DNA of 63,853 nucleotides, filler included, from Licmophora abbreviata (Eukaryota), in assembly GCA_900291995.1 (NCBI GenBank). It is 34 parts of 34 records of this genome, joined end to end, with 100 filler letters (N's around TTAATTAATTAA, not from the genome) between each part and the next. Parts side by side here need not be neighbours in the genome. Positions count along the whole stretch, not along the records: positions 35,096 to 36,683 come from OLMU01005776.1; positions 36,784 to 38,027 come from OLMU01005778.1; positions 38,128 to 41,652 come from OLMU01005781.1; positions 41,753 to 43,675 come from OLMU01005782.1; positions 43,776 to 45,316 come from OLMU01005785.1; positions 45,417 to 47,249 come from OLMU01005786.1; 28 more parts are not named here. The stretch is one strand, 5' to 3'. Made by a program: the position numbers and the translations under genes. Below, piece after piece: positions 35,096 to 47,151 of the stretch; the stretch's first letter is position 1; every line of letters begins with the position of its first letter. Under the pieces are notes generated by a model that worked only from the letters and a program-made list of their open reading frames with translations, did not search any database and had not been told where the DNA came from.

Positions 35096-35539
35096 GAACT
35101 CGTCATTACCGATACCAACGATCACCTCGCTTTGATTCGTCGGACCCTGCAAGCGAACAGCCAGACATGGATGCCGTCGACACTGAATCCAGTCGTCATG
35201 GAGCACAGGTGGGGAGAGTTTGATTCAGTCGACGACTCAAATGAAGATACGGTTGAGTCTCTTACACGGCAAGGACGCTACCAGTTTGATGTCATTGTGG
35301 GTTCCGATGTGGCCTACCACGAGCGCTTGTACGATCCCTTGATTGCGTCACTTCTGCGGTTTTGTCACGATGGCACGGTGGCATTGATTGGAGTCACCAT
35401 GAATGATACCAAGCCCTTGTTCTTTGTGAAATTAAAAGAAGGCGGATTTCGATACGAACGACTCGCAGATCATTTGATGGAACCGGAGTTTCGAGGAACG
35501 ACGTTTGGAATCTTTGTAATTCAGAAAGATACAAGATAG
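35096..35539 (+). CDS. Family-16 (METTL21-like) lysine methyltransferase, C-terminal part
   Basis: ELVITD (post-I), EHRWGE, FDVIVGSDVAYHERLYDPLIASL (DxxY motif II). Confidence 0.85.
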   Translation, partial: ELVITDTNDHLALIRRTLQANSQTWMPSTLNPVVMEHRWGEFDSVDDSNEDTVESLTRQGRYQFDVIVGSDVAYHERLYDPLIASLLRFCHDGTVALIGVTMNDTKPLFFVKLKEGGFRYERLADHLMEPEFRGTTFGIFVIQKDTR

Positions 35540-35589
35540 CAAGTTTGTTTATTCTACGTCATGTTGAGCTCCTTTGGCTGCCGTACAAG

Positions 35590-36435
35590 TCAAGATCGCG
35601 GTGAAACCTGGGGAGGTTCCAACCACCCTGGTAGCTTCTTCGGTGGCGACAGATCGCCCGCGACGGTCGCTTCTCCACTGCTCGGTTGAAAGTCAAGTGC
35701 GGCACCGTCGATACAGAAGCGCTTTCCGCTCACAAAGGCTGGAGTGCCCACAAAGAGGAACCCGTCGGCAAACACGTCTCCCAGATGACCACCACAAGTA
35801 TGGCACCGCAGCTCCGCTCCCGCCAAGTTGGACATGACGGCATTCACATCCTCCACTTCCACTCCGTCAAGTCCGCGGGCAAACGATGGCCAGCCGGTTC
35901 CAGAGTGGAACTTTTGGGACGACTCAAAGAGAGGAGTTCCGCATCCCGCACATGCATAGAGGCCAGATCGCTCTTCTCCTTCCAGAATAGAACTGTAAGG
36001 TCGTTCAGTCCCTCCCTGTCGCAAAATGTTGTACTGCGCTGAACTCAATTCCGACTTCCATTCAGCGTCCGTCTTTTGTACCTGGTATCCGTCTGAGCGA
36101 GATTTCGAAGCCATGGCTTGAGCTGAGGATGGGAATGTTGGAAGAGCCGCTAAAACTGAGAATTTGGAAAACAACCTCCTTCGAGGAATGTTCGTGTCAT
36201 CAACCCGTTCATCCGTTTCATCTGTCGCATGCAATCGGACGAGTCTTGCAGCGTGATTCGTTCCTACTTTTTTCGGGAGAGCCGAAAAAGCTCCGACCCG
36301 CACCACAAAGTGGCCCATACACAATGTAAGTAGCAGTAGTGTGAGAAGGCGCGCGACCATCGTGACGTGAGGTTTTGTTTCTGACTGTCGACGCAGTGCG
36401 TTTGCAACTTGCATCTCCTTTCTGCCATCGCGCAC
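35590..36435 (-). CDS. msrB: Peptide methionine sulfoxide reductase B, plastid-type leader
   Basis: QYNILRQGGTERP, YACAGC, KFHSGTGWPSF, CHTCGGHLGDVFADG, RFCIDGAALDF. Signal ending VGA-F; likely start MVARLL. Confidence 0.92.
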   Translation of the reverse strand: MRDGRKEMQVANALRRQSETKPHVTMVARLLTLLLLTLCMGHFVVRVGAFSALPKKVGTNHAARLVRLHATDETDERVDDTNIPRRRLFSKFSVLAALPTFPSSAQAMASKSRSDGYQVQKTDAEWKSELSSAQYNILRQGGTERPYSSILEGEERSGLYACAGCGTPLFESSQKFHSGTGWPSFARGLDGVEVEDVNAVMSNLAGAELRCHTCGGHLGDVFADGFLFVGTPAFVSGKRFCIDGAALDFQPSSGEATVAGDLSPPKKLPGWLEPPQVSPRS

Positions 36436-36783
36436 AGGCGGCGGCCGCGTGATAGACGACGTTTCGAGAGAGGTGATGAAAAAAGGTGCGAAGGTTGGAA
36501 GGCTGGACGTGAAGCTCGAACCTTATCATGGTACGAACAGGTTCGTCCGTGTCCGGGCAGCAAAAAGGTGGGATGAACGACGGCTTCATGGCCGCGGCGC
36601 CGACGGTGTCAATGGATCCTTCGCACACGGGATCTGTTGTGCGCTCCTATTCATGGCAGAGTACAAGCGGAGGGGTCGTTGGCNNNNNNNNNNNNNNNNN
36701 NNNNNNNNNNNNNNNNNNNNNNNNNNNTTAATTAATTAANNNNNNNNNNNNNNNNNNNNNNNNNNNNNNNNNNNNNNNNNNNN

Positions 36784-37221
36784 CTTCCGAGCAATGCTTC
36801 GAGCGATTCGAATCGTAACGCCTGCCAATGTCGACGATCCGCATTTCATTTCCTTCATGAATAATATGCCGTCGTTTGAGGGTGATCTCAACACTGAAGG
36901 ATTCCACCACATCTCCTCGGGCCGAACGCATGGCAATGGGACATCATTGGGCCATTGGCCAAAGGCACGAGGTTCGACTCCACCGAAGTCGACCTCTTCA
37001 GTGCCCATTGCCGTCCCTGAAGGTTCGGACGTGGCATTGTGTTGACTCGGCACGAGATCTCTCCTATGATTTTCCATGGGAGTATTCATCATCAAGGCCT
37101 CTCGCTGGCACTCATCACTGCCAACGACCGACGCCCTCCAGATCCAGTACATGCTAGCCTGTGCGAGCACTACCACCAGCAGGAACAAGTAGAATCGCCG
37201 TGACTCGTTCATTCGTCGCAT
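36784..37221 (-). CDS. Type II membrane sulfotransferase-like protein, N-terminal part
   Basis: TM FYLFLLVVVLAQASMYWIW; GILFMKEMKCGSSTLAGVTIRIA resembles the F.K..K..SST PAPS-binding loop of Gal-3-O-sulfotransferase-like enzymes. Confidence 0.65.
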
Positions 37222-37583
37222 GTGGTCTTCCGGGAAATCTTCCCCGCGCTCGCTGGGACGACAAAACCTGCTTACAGAAGGCGACCAGAGAACATCGCAG
37301 GAGGCATGTGCACGACCAGAGGAAGCGTCATTGTGGTGTTGTTGTGCTCGTCAGAGAAAGCACGAGATTCACTTTCATTGCGTCGCGATTTGCCGAACCT
37401 CAGAGCTCGCCACCATGCCACATGAACGTTTCATGCTCACCACTTTTATGCTACGCTGGGATCACATAATATTTGCAATCGTGATGTGATGACCCGCACG
37501 TAAACGCAGTCTAAAGTTGCCAATCATTCCATCAGACTTTCTTTGGTTATCAGTTGTAGATTCCTAAGAGAATTTAATGTTTT

Positions 37584-38027
37584 CTAACTCGACTTGTGCA
37601 TGGGACATCCGTTTGAAAGAAGCTTTGCGAACGCAGCGGCAAAGTCCTTGGAGAACAAGTCCGCATCCGCTGCATACTTTTCGACCCACGGCTTGAACTT
37701 GTCATCCTCGATCAGAGCCAAGTCAGAAGGGAGCATCATAAGCTTTCCAGACGGGTCTTCGTACTGCATCGGCCCGTCCCACTTGCGAGGAGTCCACTCG
37801 AGCTCCAAGAGGTTCTTGAAGTACTCGTTGTCGAACTTGAGAGGGTCAGAGGTCCACGGTCCTTCGAAGCCACTACGATCCGTGTGACAACTTCCAAGCG
37901 TATGGGCTCCCGATAGGGCCACGATTTCCTGATCGTTAAAGCCCATGCGGTAGAAGACATCCCGCAAGTGCTGAGCACCCTGGGCGGCATCCGGGAGACG
38001 TCCGTTCGGGGGCATGCCGAGGCATCC
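37584..38027 (-). CDS. Class I heme peroxidase (ascorbate/cytochrome c peroxidase), C-terminal part
   Basis: [57 protein letters not shown]. Confidence 0.93.
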   Translation of the reverse strand, partial: GCLGMPPNGRLPDAAQGAQHLRDVFYRMGFNDQEIVALSGAHTLGSCHTDRSGFEGPWTSDPLKFDNEYFKNLLELEWTPRKWDGPMQYEDPSGKLMMLPSDLALIEDDKFKPWVEKYAADADLFSKDFAAAFAKLLSNGCPMHKSS

Positions 38028-38198
38028 NNNNNNNNNNNNNNNNNNNNNNNNNNNNNNNNNNNNNNNNNNNNTTAATTAATTAANNNNNNNNNNNNNNNNN
38101 NNNNNNNNNNNNNNNNNNNNNNNNNNNTGTCGGACATCGACTGAGAGCATAGTCAATTTCCTTTTAGAATATTACATTTTTAAACGCAATTTACAAGT

Positions 38199-41100
38199 CT
38201 ACTGTTGCTGTCCCTGTAAAGCTTTCAAGATCGCCTGCAGTGCCTCGTGGATGTCATGCATCTCAGTTTGCATAGCGTTCATTCGATCGTTGAGCTCCTC
38301 GATACCCACAGTAGTTGCAGCCAGTGGCACCCTCCTTCCACGCCGACCAATCACATATGAGCACACTCGAAGAATCGCAAAGATGACCACGCCCAAAATC
38401 AGCAGTTTTGTGCTATCGTCGGCATCAAACGGTACGAACGTCAAGGCCTGCTCTCGTATCTGTTCGACAAGGCCTACTGCTTCGTCCTTCTCCAATGTTT
38501 CGATGCCTTCTTCAGGAGAGGTATCTCCTTGCTCCTCTTCAATCTTTTCTCCGCTGATAGCGACGGCGCATCTCTTCTTCGCCGCATCGAAGAGTTTTTG
38601 ATGAACAGGCTTTGTCTCGGACACAGTGCCCGAGCGAATCTGTTTAGCAAACATGGTAGACTTTTTGAAATTGACAAACGCGCCAACCTGAATCCGAATG
38701 TCGTTTGCACCGACACGATGAGCAACCCATCGCACTTCCACGGCAAAACAGTCAGAGTATGGAATGCCCTCCATTTCCACAGTTGTTTGAACAATACACC
38801 TGTCGTTTTCATCCACAGTGCAGTGCTGCGTTTGTGTGACGTTGGCTGTAGGAGGGCCAACATATAGATGCGTAGTTCGAGTGAACTCGAATGTGACGAC
38901 GCGTCGCTGACTGTATGTTTCGCCACACCATACGTTTCTGAAGCCAGAAGATCCGTCCTGAGAGAATTCCCAGTCTGCAACGTGGACCTGGCGGCTTCCC
39001 ATATCCTCGCTCCAGGGTCCGTAGAAAGGTTCTGCATCCGTTCGGTTCCCTTCAGACCAAATAAGTTCGTAGAACCTACGAATTGACACGTTCTTCAAGT
39101 GCTTGGTAAGAATAATGTCCATCTTTCGGATGACTTTATCGTCGACAACCTCTGGGAGAGGCTTGCTGCCTTTCTTCTCTTCCCGGATATTTTGCAAAGA
39201 ACGCTCAATCGTAACCAGCTTCTGCAAAAGTATAAACGCGTCATCCCGGGAAACAAAGCTCCCAAAAAAGCAAGACGAGTCGACTTCGTCTCCGCCATAG
39301 CTAAGGCGCATCGCGTTGTCGATCGCCCCCAACAGGTTCGTCGCCTTCTCCACATTGGTCACATCTTGAAGTTCGAGTACAATCTTCTTTTCGCCCCAAC
39401 CAACAAAATACATTGTCTTCGCTGTGACAAACAAGCGACCATGGAGGAGAGGTGATAGGTAGCCTTCATCTTCCTTTGGCCAATAAGCACATGTGAAGGA
39501 TTCAATTATCGCAGGCGGAGGGGCGCCGTTCCCGTGATCAGACCAAAAGTTGGCAAGGAAGATGTCCCTTTCAGCCAATGTAGAGGGACCTTGATGTCGT
39601 GCTACAGATTTCTCGGACACGGGGGTGGCAGCGAGTTCTTCGTCTGCTTCATCTTTGGCCACATCAGTACTTGCGGAAAGGCCAGTAGCGGCAACCTGAT
39701 CTGGCACGTGTGGATTGGCCTCTGCCTTCGGCGAGTGCGCCTCAAAGCTGGATCTCTGCGCTTTCGTTTCATTCGATACACGAGGCGTAGCCTGCTTAAC
39801 ACTCACGAAGGGGTCACCAACGTCACCAACTACAGTCGATAGAAGTCTGTAGACATTTCTTGTCTCTTCCACATCGACTGCCAGCCTGAATCCATAGGTC
39901 AATGGCGCGGGGTCGCTCTCCGCTGCTCTTTTTCTGATGTGTCGTCGTGCACGATCTGTCCAATCTGTCATGTCACTAGCCATGGCAGAGGGAGTCGGTG
40001 CAGCGGATGAAGATCTGACAACGGCATTGTATCGATCCGTCCGGAATTCCGCCAATGTTGAAACTACCGACTCGAGCGTACTGTTGACATTTTCCCAGCA
40101 TGCTTCCTCATCCGCTTCGAAATCGGATACCAACAGCTGTGTGGTTGCGGTGAAGGATTTAATTGCAGCAGTCTTACCTGCCTCCGCAGCCTCGAGAGCT
40201 TCCTTATCCTTGGTTTCTCGCTGGTCTGCTTCTTCGAGTCCCCTTCTCGCAACGGCCATTCGAGCCCCTGGCGTGAGCATTTGCATAGCCTGGTCGCCGC
40301 CATCAGGCAAGATGGAGAACATATTTCCCAGAGCTTTACTCATCCCTGGAGCCATCTGATTCGCGCTCCCCCTTCGGCTTTGACTGCCGCTTGCAGCGTT
40401 GTCGTCGACCGACTGGACGCGGTCTCTCGCCTTTGCGAACTGTGACATTGTCTGCTCATATTTGACAAGGGCCTTAGACTCCTGGCGTGCAGCATGACAG
40501 AGCTGCTTCCACTTTAGATCATTTGTATCTGACGAAGACTTAATCTCTCTTTCTGCGCGAAGTACGAAATCGTCCAGATGAGACCGTCGAGTGTTCCGCA
40601 GAGTAAATGCAAGGTGGCGCGACGATTCGGCGATACCCTCAATCGTCATAGCGATTCCGTCCCAGTAACTCAAGACTCTGGGGCCTTCGCTGCGCTCTAA
40701 GACAGACGGCAGCAACTTTGAATTCTCTCTACGAGAGTCGATCAGAAAGAAAATGGTAAGGTCCAACACATCATGGGTAGGTTTCGCCGGCTGAGACCTC
40801 GTGGCTGCCTCAAGTGAACATACCTGCTTTCACCGTAGCCATCCTGTCCCAACCTGGCATGTAGACTTGTCGAAAGACCACTGGCTGCGACAGAGACAGC
40901 CTCTAGAAAGGCTGCAAGAGATTTCACTGTCTGAAATCGTTCCTGTTTGGCTGCGATACTGGCTTTCGATTGGTCGCGAAGGAGGCCGACATCGTTTGGT
41001 AGACCCAAAGTTTCGGCTTCCATTGTTCCTACTGCGTCATCGTCCTGTCCCAAAGGCGTCTTCAGTAAGTTCATGAAAAAATCTTTCGGTTTCTTCTCCT

Positions 41101-42059
41101 CGCCCGTTTTCACGTCCGGTGTGCTGCCTACCACCATGGATTCAGCGGTTGTCGACAAAACCATTTTATCTAGTGCTCCTTTTTCAGCCTGAAGAGTTCG
41201 GCTGAGCGATTCGACGAAGAACTGTAATCGCTCCTGATGCCAGATTGAAAGTGACCCACAATCGTCAGAGTCGCAGACAACATTTAGCGAAAACGCACCA
41301 GAATCAAATCGGTTGCCTTACCTCCTCCAGTTTCTGAAGAGCCTCGAGAACCATAACCTCCATCGACGCCGCGAGGGAGACGGCCTGATTTTCCTCGTCA
41401 ACTAGCTCTCTGTATTTCGCTTCTAACAGCTGCACATCATTGAGCAAGACAATCAGCCGCTCGGGTGACACATTATGCTTTCGTCCGAACACCTGGATTT
41501 TCTTTTCCCAAGACTCGTCTTGGTGCGACACTGACGGTGCCCCTACATTCGCATCGCTATGTGCAGCGTCGTCTCCATTCCCCTCTTGATCTCCGTCCTC
41601 GCCTTGCTTCGCCTTTTCTAATTCTTGAATCGCAGCCTCGGCATCTTGGGATNNNNNNNNNNNNNNNNNNNNNNNNNNNNNNNNNNNNNNNNNNNNTTAA
41701 TTAATTAANNNNNNNNNNNNNNNNNNNNNNNNNNNNNNNNNNNNNNNNNNNNGAAGGACATCTGACCACTTGGGACAGGCGGACTCTGATTTGTCTCCAG
41801 TACTGTTGGTGTCGTCTGTATCTTCCGATGCGGCTGGTGTCAGCATCATAAAGGGACTCGGTGGAGGCACGAAGCCTACTGCACCAGCATCACTTCCTCC
41901 GAATAAAGAGGATGCGTCGGAGGCATTTGAAATGTCTGTATTTCGTCGAATTGGAGTCGTCGGGGCAACCTCGAGCTCGCCTCCCGCCGACGAATCGCCA
42001 AGAACATCCTTCGGATCATGATCTGGTGGAGCTTCTCCATCATCATGATGTTGGCTCAT
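38199..42059 (-). CDS. GRAM + VASt (StART-like) sterol-transfer protein with N-terminal coiled coils and C-terminal TM; multi-exon, split by a linker
   Basis: ESFTCAY...LLHGRLFVTAKTMYFVGW...FFGSFVSRDDAF (GRAM); GIPYSDCFAVEVRW...VNFKKSTMFAKQI (VASt); TM LLILGVVIFAILRVC. Upstream exons near 40825-41190, 41320-41652, 41753-42059. Confidence 0.82.
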
Positions 42060-42528
42060 TTCGGTCCTAAATTATTTGCTGGGACCTCAGGTTTCAGTTT
42101 GTAAGAATTTTTTGAAAGATCTAAAGCCGTTGCGTTTTTGTTGTATGTGAACTCAATGGGATCATCAGTGTCATCATCATAGCACAGCCGATGCAATGGC
42201 ATCATATACTGAGGTCACAGACAGTCTCGAGTCAGTCGAGTCGCCGGACGAAAAAGCGGCAACGCGTGACTTGACAAAAATACAACAGATGACGCCGGCG
42301 CCGGGCTCCTCGGGGGAGCTCGCAGCTCGCACACTCGATTCTTGGAAGGATGACGAGCTCGATGATGGAGAGAGATCAACACACCATCATCTATTCGACT
42401 TGCTCTTTTAATGTTTGCGCCAACTGCATGGTAACATCGCTGTTGCTACTATTGGGCATTATCGTACTTTCATCTTGCTGGGGTATTCCCTAAAGTTATG
42501 CCACCGTACCGACTGGTACAAAAGCTTG

Positions 42529-42960
42529 TCACGACCTCGACTTTCTGCTTGCCTCCTCTGGGTCATCTGAAGAGCTGCGCCTTTTCCGTTTTTCCTTCCT
42601 TTCCTTCTTGGCGGCCTTCTTTGCCTCTTTCTCTGCCTTCTTTCGCTTCTTCTTGGATTGACCAGTCACCGACGAGGCTGGCTCGTCCACCATAGAAGGC
42701 GGTGGCGGGCCGTCGTCCCCATTAGATGGCATCGATCGCACTCTTGACTGCGATATCTGCAGGTCCAACTTTCTATCTTCCTTGACGTGCAACGATTGAC
42801 ACACAGCTTCCAGGCGAGTCAAGACTTCGTCGCCACCCGCGGCACTTCGCTCGGTCGCCAAGAAATTCGAAAGGAGTCCCTGAGCGTCAGCTTCATTGAT
42901 TGGCTCGGATGACATAACCTTGCGCACTCTTGGTGCATTCATTATCTCCGTAGAGTTCAT
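42529..42960 (-). CDS. Small protein with Lys-rich tail, possibly RNA polymerase I subunit A14/Ker1-like
   Basis: 143-aa single exon; SSEPINEADAQGLLSNFLATE...VLTRLEAVCQSL, then KKKRKKAEKEAKKAAKKERKEKRKRR. Confidence 0.55.
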   Translation of the reverse strand: MNSTEIMNAPRVRKVMSSEPINEADAQGLLSNFLATERSAAGGDEVLTRLEAVCQSLHVKEDRKLDLQISQSRVRSMPSNGDDGPPPPSMVDEPASSVTGQSKKKRKKAEKEAKKAAKKERKEKRKRRSSSDDPEEASRKSRS

Positions 42961-43209
42961 TGTGACGAATGATGAGAATGCAAAGATCGTTGATTCTGGC
43001 GATGAAGAGTGAACTTGTGATTGTTGTCGCCTATCAATTTTATGCCGGTGTGTGTGGCGGTCGCATCTCGATGTGATGTTGTGGCGTCGAGTGACGGCCA
43101 GACCTTCCCGCCATGGTTATGTCGAAAACGACATTCCGAGTGGCGGCCAGACTTTCCCAACTAACGACAAGGGCCGCGCGACGGCGAACACAAAACACAA
43201 CGCGAAACC

Positions 43210-43675
43210 ATGAGCGGAAAAGCGACGATCGACTGCTCGGCGCAACCGTTCGACCTGTCCTTTCATCCCAGCAGAGAGAACATTGTAGCGGTGGGACTTG
43301 TCGATGGCACTTTGGAAGGTAATCAGATTCACACTGCTCCTATGGAACTCACGAATGTTTAAATCTCGCCGATGCTCGATGCTCAACCACAGTTTTGTTC
43401 TTTTGGCATATTGAATATCATCAGTACATGACTTTTCACCTTCGAACATATCTTCTGGAGACGAGAGTGATGACGATCACGATACGATAGTCTCATCTAT
43501 TCCAGTCCATACAAAAAAGCTTCTGTCCTCGGCTAAGAAAGTGAAGCATGCTTCATGCCGAGCAGTGAGGTTTTCAGACGATGGCTCTAGACTCTATACT
43601 GGAGGCAGTGGCGGCGACATATGCATTTTGGATGCTGACAAGTCGTGCACCCTTTCCGCGACAAAGTCGGCAGTA
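43210..43675 (+). CDS. WDR55: WD40 protein WDR55/JIP5-like, N-terminal part (intron 43319-43424)
   Basis: Spliced MSGKATIDCSAQPFDLSFHPSRENIVAVGLVDGTLE/VHDF...SCRAVRFSDDGSRLYTG. Confidence 0.75.
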
Positions 43676-43775
43676 NNNNNNNNNNNNNNNNNNNNNNNNN
43701 NNNNNNNNNNNNNNNNNNNTTAATTAATTAANNNNNNNNNNNNNNNNNNNNNNNNNNNNNNNNNNNNNNNNNNNN

Positions 43776-46708
43776 TCCAGGGGTCGCAGATCTGGAGGGA
43801 AGACATTGATGTTCAATCGAAGCGACTTCAGGTATGCCTCTTCATCCGGCGATAGCTTAGGATGTACGTCGTTGTTTTCCTCTACGGTCGCCGACGCCTC
43901 GTCTGTGGCTTCCTCGACTCCGTTGGCCTCGCTGGTCGTATTTTCGTCAGTCTTGTTACCCCCAGTGTCCTTTTCGTTTGCCGTAGACTTATTTTTTTCA
44001 CGATACTTCGCAAGCTGCGATGTCGTGAACGCGCTGACTAGTTCGTGTCGAAGAACCGCCATTGTCCATTCGTCGTCGTCAAGCGTTGGTGGGATGAAGG
44101 AAATTCCTTCCCCGTTTGGAGACGCGTGCTCGTCTTCTATCTTCTCCCAGTTGCCAGTGCCACCTTCTGACTTGGGTACCCAGTTCGCATCTCGGGGGGA
44201 AAGCCGGTTCAGGTCGAGAAGATAATTGCGCTGGTCGCTTCCACGTATGCCCTTTCCTTCGATCGGTCCACAGATCTTCGTCGTAGGTGCCGTGTTTTCT
44301 GTTTCCTTCTTCGTTCCCGGCTCAATGCCGAAAGGAAGTGGTGTTCGGAGTCCCTCAATAACGGCAAGACGCTCATCATTTAAGGGGATTGTGGGAACAG
44401 ATCGGGTGGCAATCATGAGAATGCTCCCCAAGGTTTCGTCCATCAGCTCGTGCATGTCTTCGTCATACGCTAGCGGTGAAGACGACTCAACAGTGCCATA
44501 TAACTGCTTGTGGGTCTTTTCACCGTGAAGGATTCCGGGGACGATGCTTTGACAGACGAAACGCGTGCCAAGGTAGTCGATAAGGACGGTGGCGAGCGTG
44601 TTGAGATTCGCTACGTCCATTTGATGCAACATACTGATACAGTTGATATCTCGAGCAGCCGCTTTTCGCGCCGCTCTATCACCTCGTGCCATTTTGAACG
44701 TTTCGACACCCGCATCAATTGCCCTTGAAAAGAATATGCTGTTGTGCAGGTACACATGCGATCGAGTTGGTTCATTCGGGTTCATGGGGGACACATGGCC
44801 GTCAAAGATGGCGTGGACACCGACGAGGCACGCCTCACCGAAGTCGCTTGAGACTTTGTTAATAAGTCTGAACGGGAGACACATAGTGAGAGACGCATGG
44901 CCGTGGCCTAGGGCACATTCTGCGAAAGGATGCACCAACGATAAGACAACTTACCGTGCGCGGTTAACGCGTTCAGCCAGCGAACTGGATGGCATCTCTC
45001 GAGCTGTTTGAAGTTCTTCGTTCCAATCTCGCAAGGATCCAGAGCGGATGTCGAGACCGAAAAAGCTGGAAATGTTCTCCTCCATACGAGCCTCGTTGTA
45101 CTGGTGCAGCCCATTGTGTGTCCAGGCGGTATCACCGCCTCCAAACTTCGGCAGAGGAACCAGCCAAGTGGGCCGAAAGACAACGGCATCCAGCCCATGC
45201 GCAGCGGCAACCGTAGTAGGAGACGTGTATCCACGAAAGTCACCCCGAACCGCGACACGATGAAGGCTGGTAAAACCATTGCCACTAGATGCCGCGGTTA
45301 TCTCGGCGCGTTCCTTNNNNNNNNNNNNNNNNNNNNNNNNNNNNNNNNNNNNNNNNNNNNTTAATTAATTAANNNNNNNNNNNNNNNNNNNNNNNNNNNN
45401 NNNNNNNNNNNNNNNNGGGCAATCCAACAGTTCGTGAGAGAAGCATGGGTCAGAAGCTGGCGAAGGATCAAACTTCGGTCTCCCATTGGCACCGGACGAG
45501 CGGTTCACATAGAACCCAGTGGGAACCGCGGTAATGTAAAGAGGTGCTTCGGTATCTCCCGGTGGGACGACTTCCAGATAGCATAGATCGCCCATCAGAC
45601 GGCGATGCACCGGTGGTGGGTGAAACCCACTGAAACGAATTGTACACTCCACTCGCATGATTTCATCCAGCTCATTTGAACGAATCATGTTGTGACGGGC
45701 GAGAGCTACTGGCGAATCATGGTGATCTTCTTCGTCGCTATGTTTGTCGCCGTCCTTCTTCTTCTTTTTGGTTCTTTTCTTCTTCGACTTTGATTCTGTC
45801 GCAGCGACAACATCTCCGACAGCAGCTCCATCATCGTACAGCATATCTTCCTCACCACAAGCGAGATAAAAGAAGTCTTGCAAGTTGGTTCCGTCCAAGA
45901 TGATCTTATCCGAGGGAATGTTGGGGAACGGATGAACTTCCTTCGTCGGTTTTTCTTCTTCCGTTTTCAGGTCCTCACTAGTCGTATTGTCGTCTCCTGA
46001 TTGGCCTTCCTCTTTCGTCCCTTCAGGTTTCGGCGTTGCGTCGGACAAAATGTGAACTGACGCGACGGGAGCGTTGCCGTCCAACAAGGACCGGACTCGC
46101 AGAACGTGATCCCGCACCATGGCAACATCATAGCGCTCCAGGACAATCCGAACTGCCGACCCGTCCTTTAATCCCATGTCCAACAGCGCCGCCAGGTCTC
46201 CAAAATCGTCTAATACCACACCTCTCGATCGATTGAGATCCTTGGTACTGGCACCATCACCACTCGACGACATGGTACTGCGTACAGGCTGAGGTTCCTC
46301 CTCTAGACTGTGTGCAGCGACAGGAACCGACACTACAGCATTCGGTCCCGTGTAGGGCGAAATCAATGGAAATGGCGAAGATTCATCTTTCTTCTTCTTG
46401 CTCTCAGCGTGTTCTTCTTCCAACACAAGTCGATAGTTCGTCAGGTGCGCGTATCCACATACATCACCCAAGAAGGCACGAAGACTCGACACCATTTCGT
46501 CGGAGCGAACGGGAGGGAGTGGCACGGCATCGGCAAGTTCATCGCGACCCACCACAACAGGTGTCTTTTGTAAGGGAGGGAGAATCACAATGTTTTGGAG
46601 GATCAAGCCGTCGTCAGCGTCATCAGATTGCGGACTAATTTCGGGCGAGACGGGAGGTTCGTCCGTCATGGTGGGTTCTGGACCATCGTCGGCATCGTCA
46701 GCACTCAT
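43776..46708 (-). CDS. CLU1: Clustered mitochondria protein (CLU/CLUH), N-terminal half, split by a linker
   Basis: FSGFHPPPVHRRLMGDLCYLEV, GFYVNRS, DFGEACLVG, YLHNSIFFSRA, TVLIDYLGTRFVCQSIVPGIL, KGIRGSDQRNYLLDLNRLSPRDANW, LRHELV. Confidence 0.92.
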
Positions 46709-47151
46709 AATGACGCCAAATTGAATCAGATTTCACTCCCGTCGCTTCTGATTGACCGACCGAAGCACGATGTACGTCCAAACAGAGATAGTAACAAAAA
46801 AACAGCAACGTGAGCGCCAACGCTGCTATTGCTGACTTGGTGGTGGATCTTTGAGGCCACAGATCTTTCTGAGTTTGAGTTTGGCGGGAACAGAGGATTT
46901 TTGTGTGGAGTCGCGCGGAGCTTTATGTGTGACGTAGACCGGGTTCTGAGCTAGCTATTTTGGTCGCATTGTGTAGAATTATACGAAACCATTTTAGTGG
47001 AAATAACGGTAAAAATGAGACGGTGGGATTTTTGAACTGACTGGTCTCGGCGGCAGCAAAAACAAGAGACACAACGAGAAGTTGATGTGCAATCATCATC
47101 AATTGCCACAACCATCTTCATCGCAGCCGTACACATTGAACCTTAAACAGC

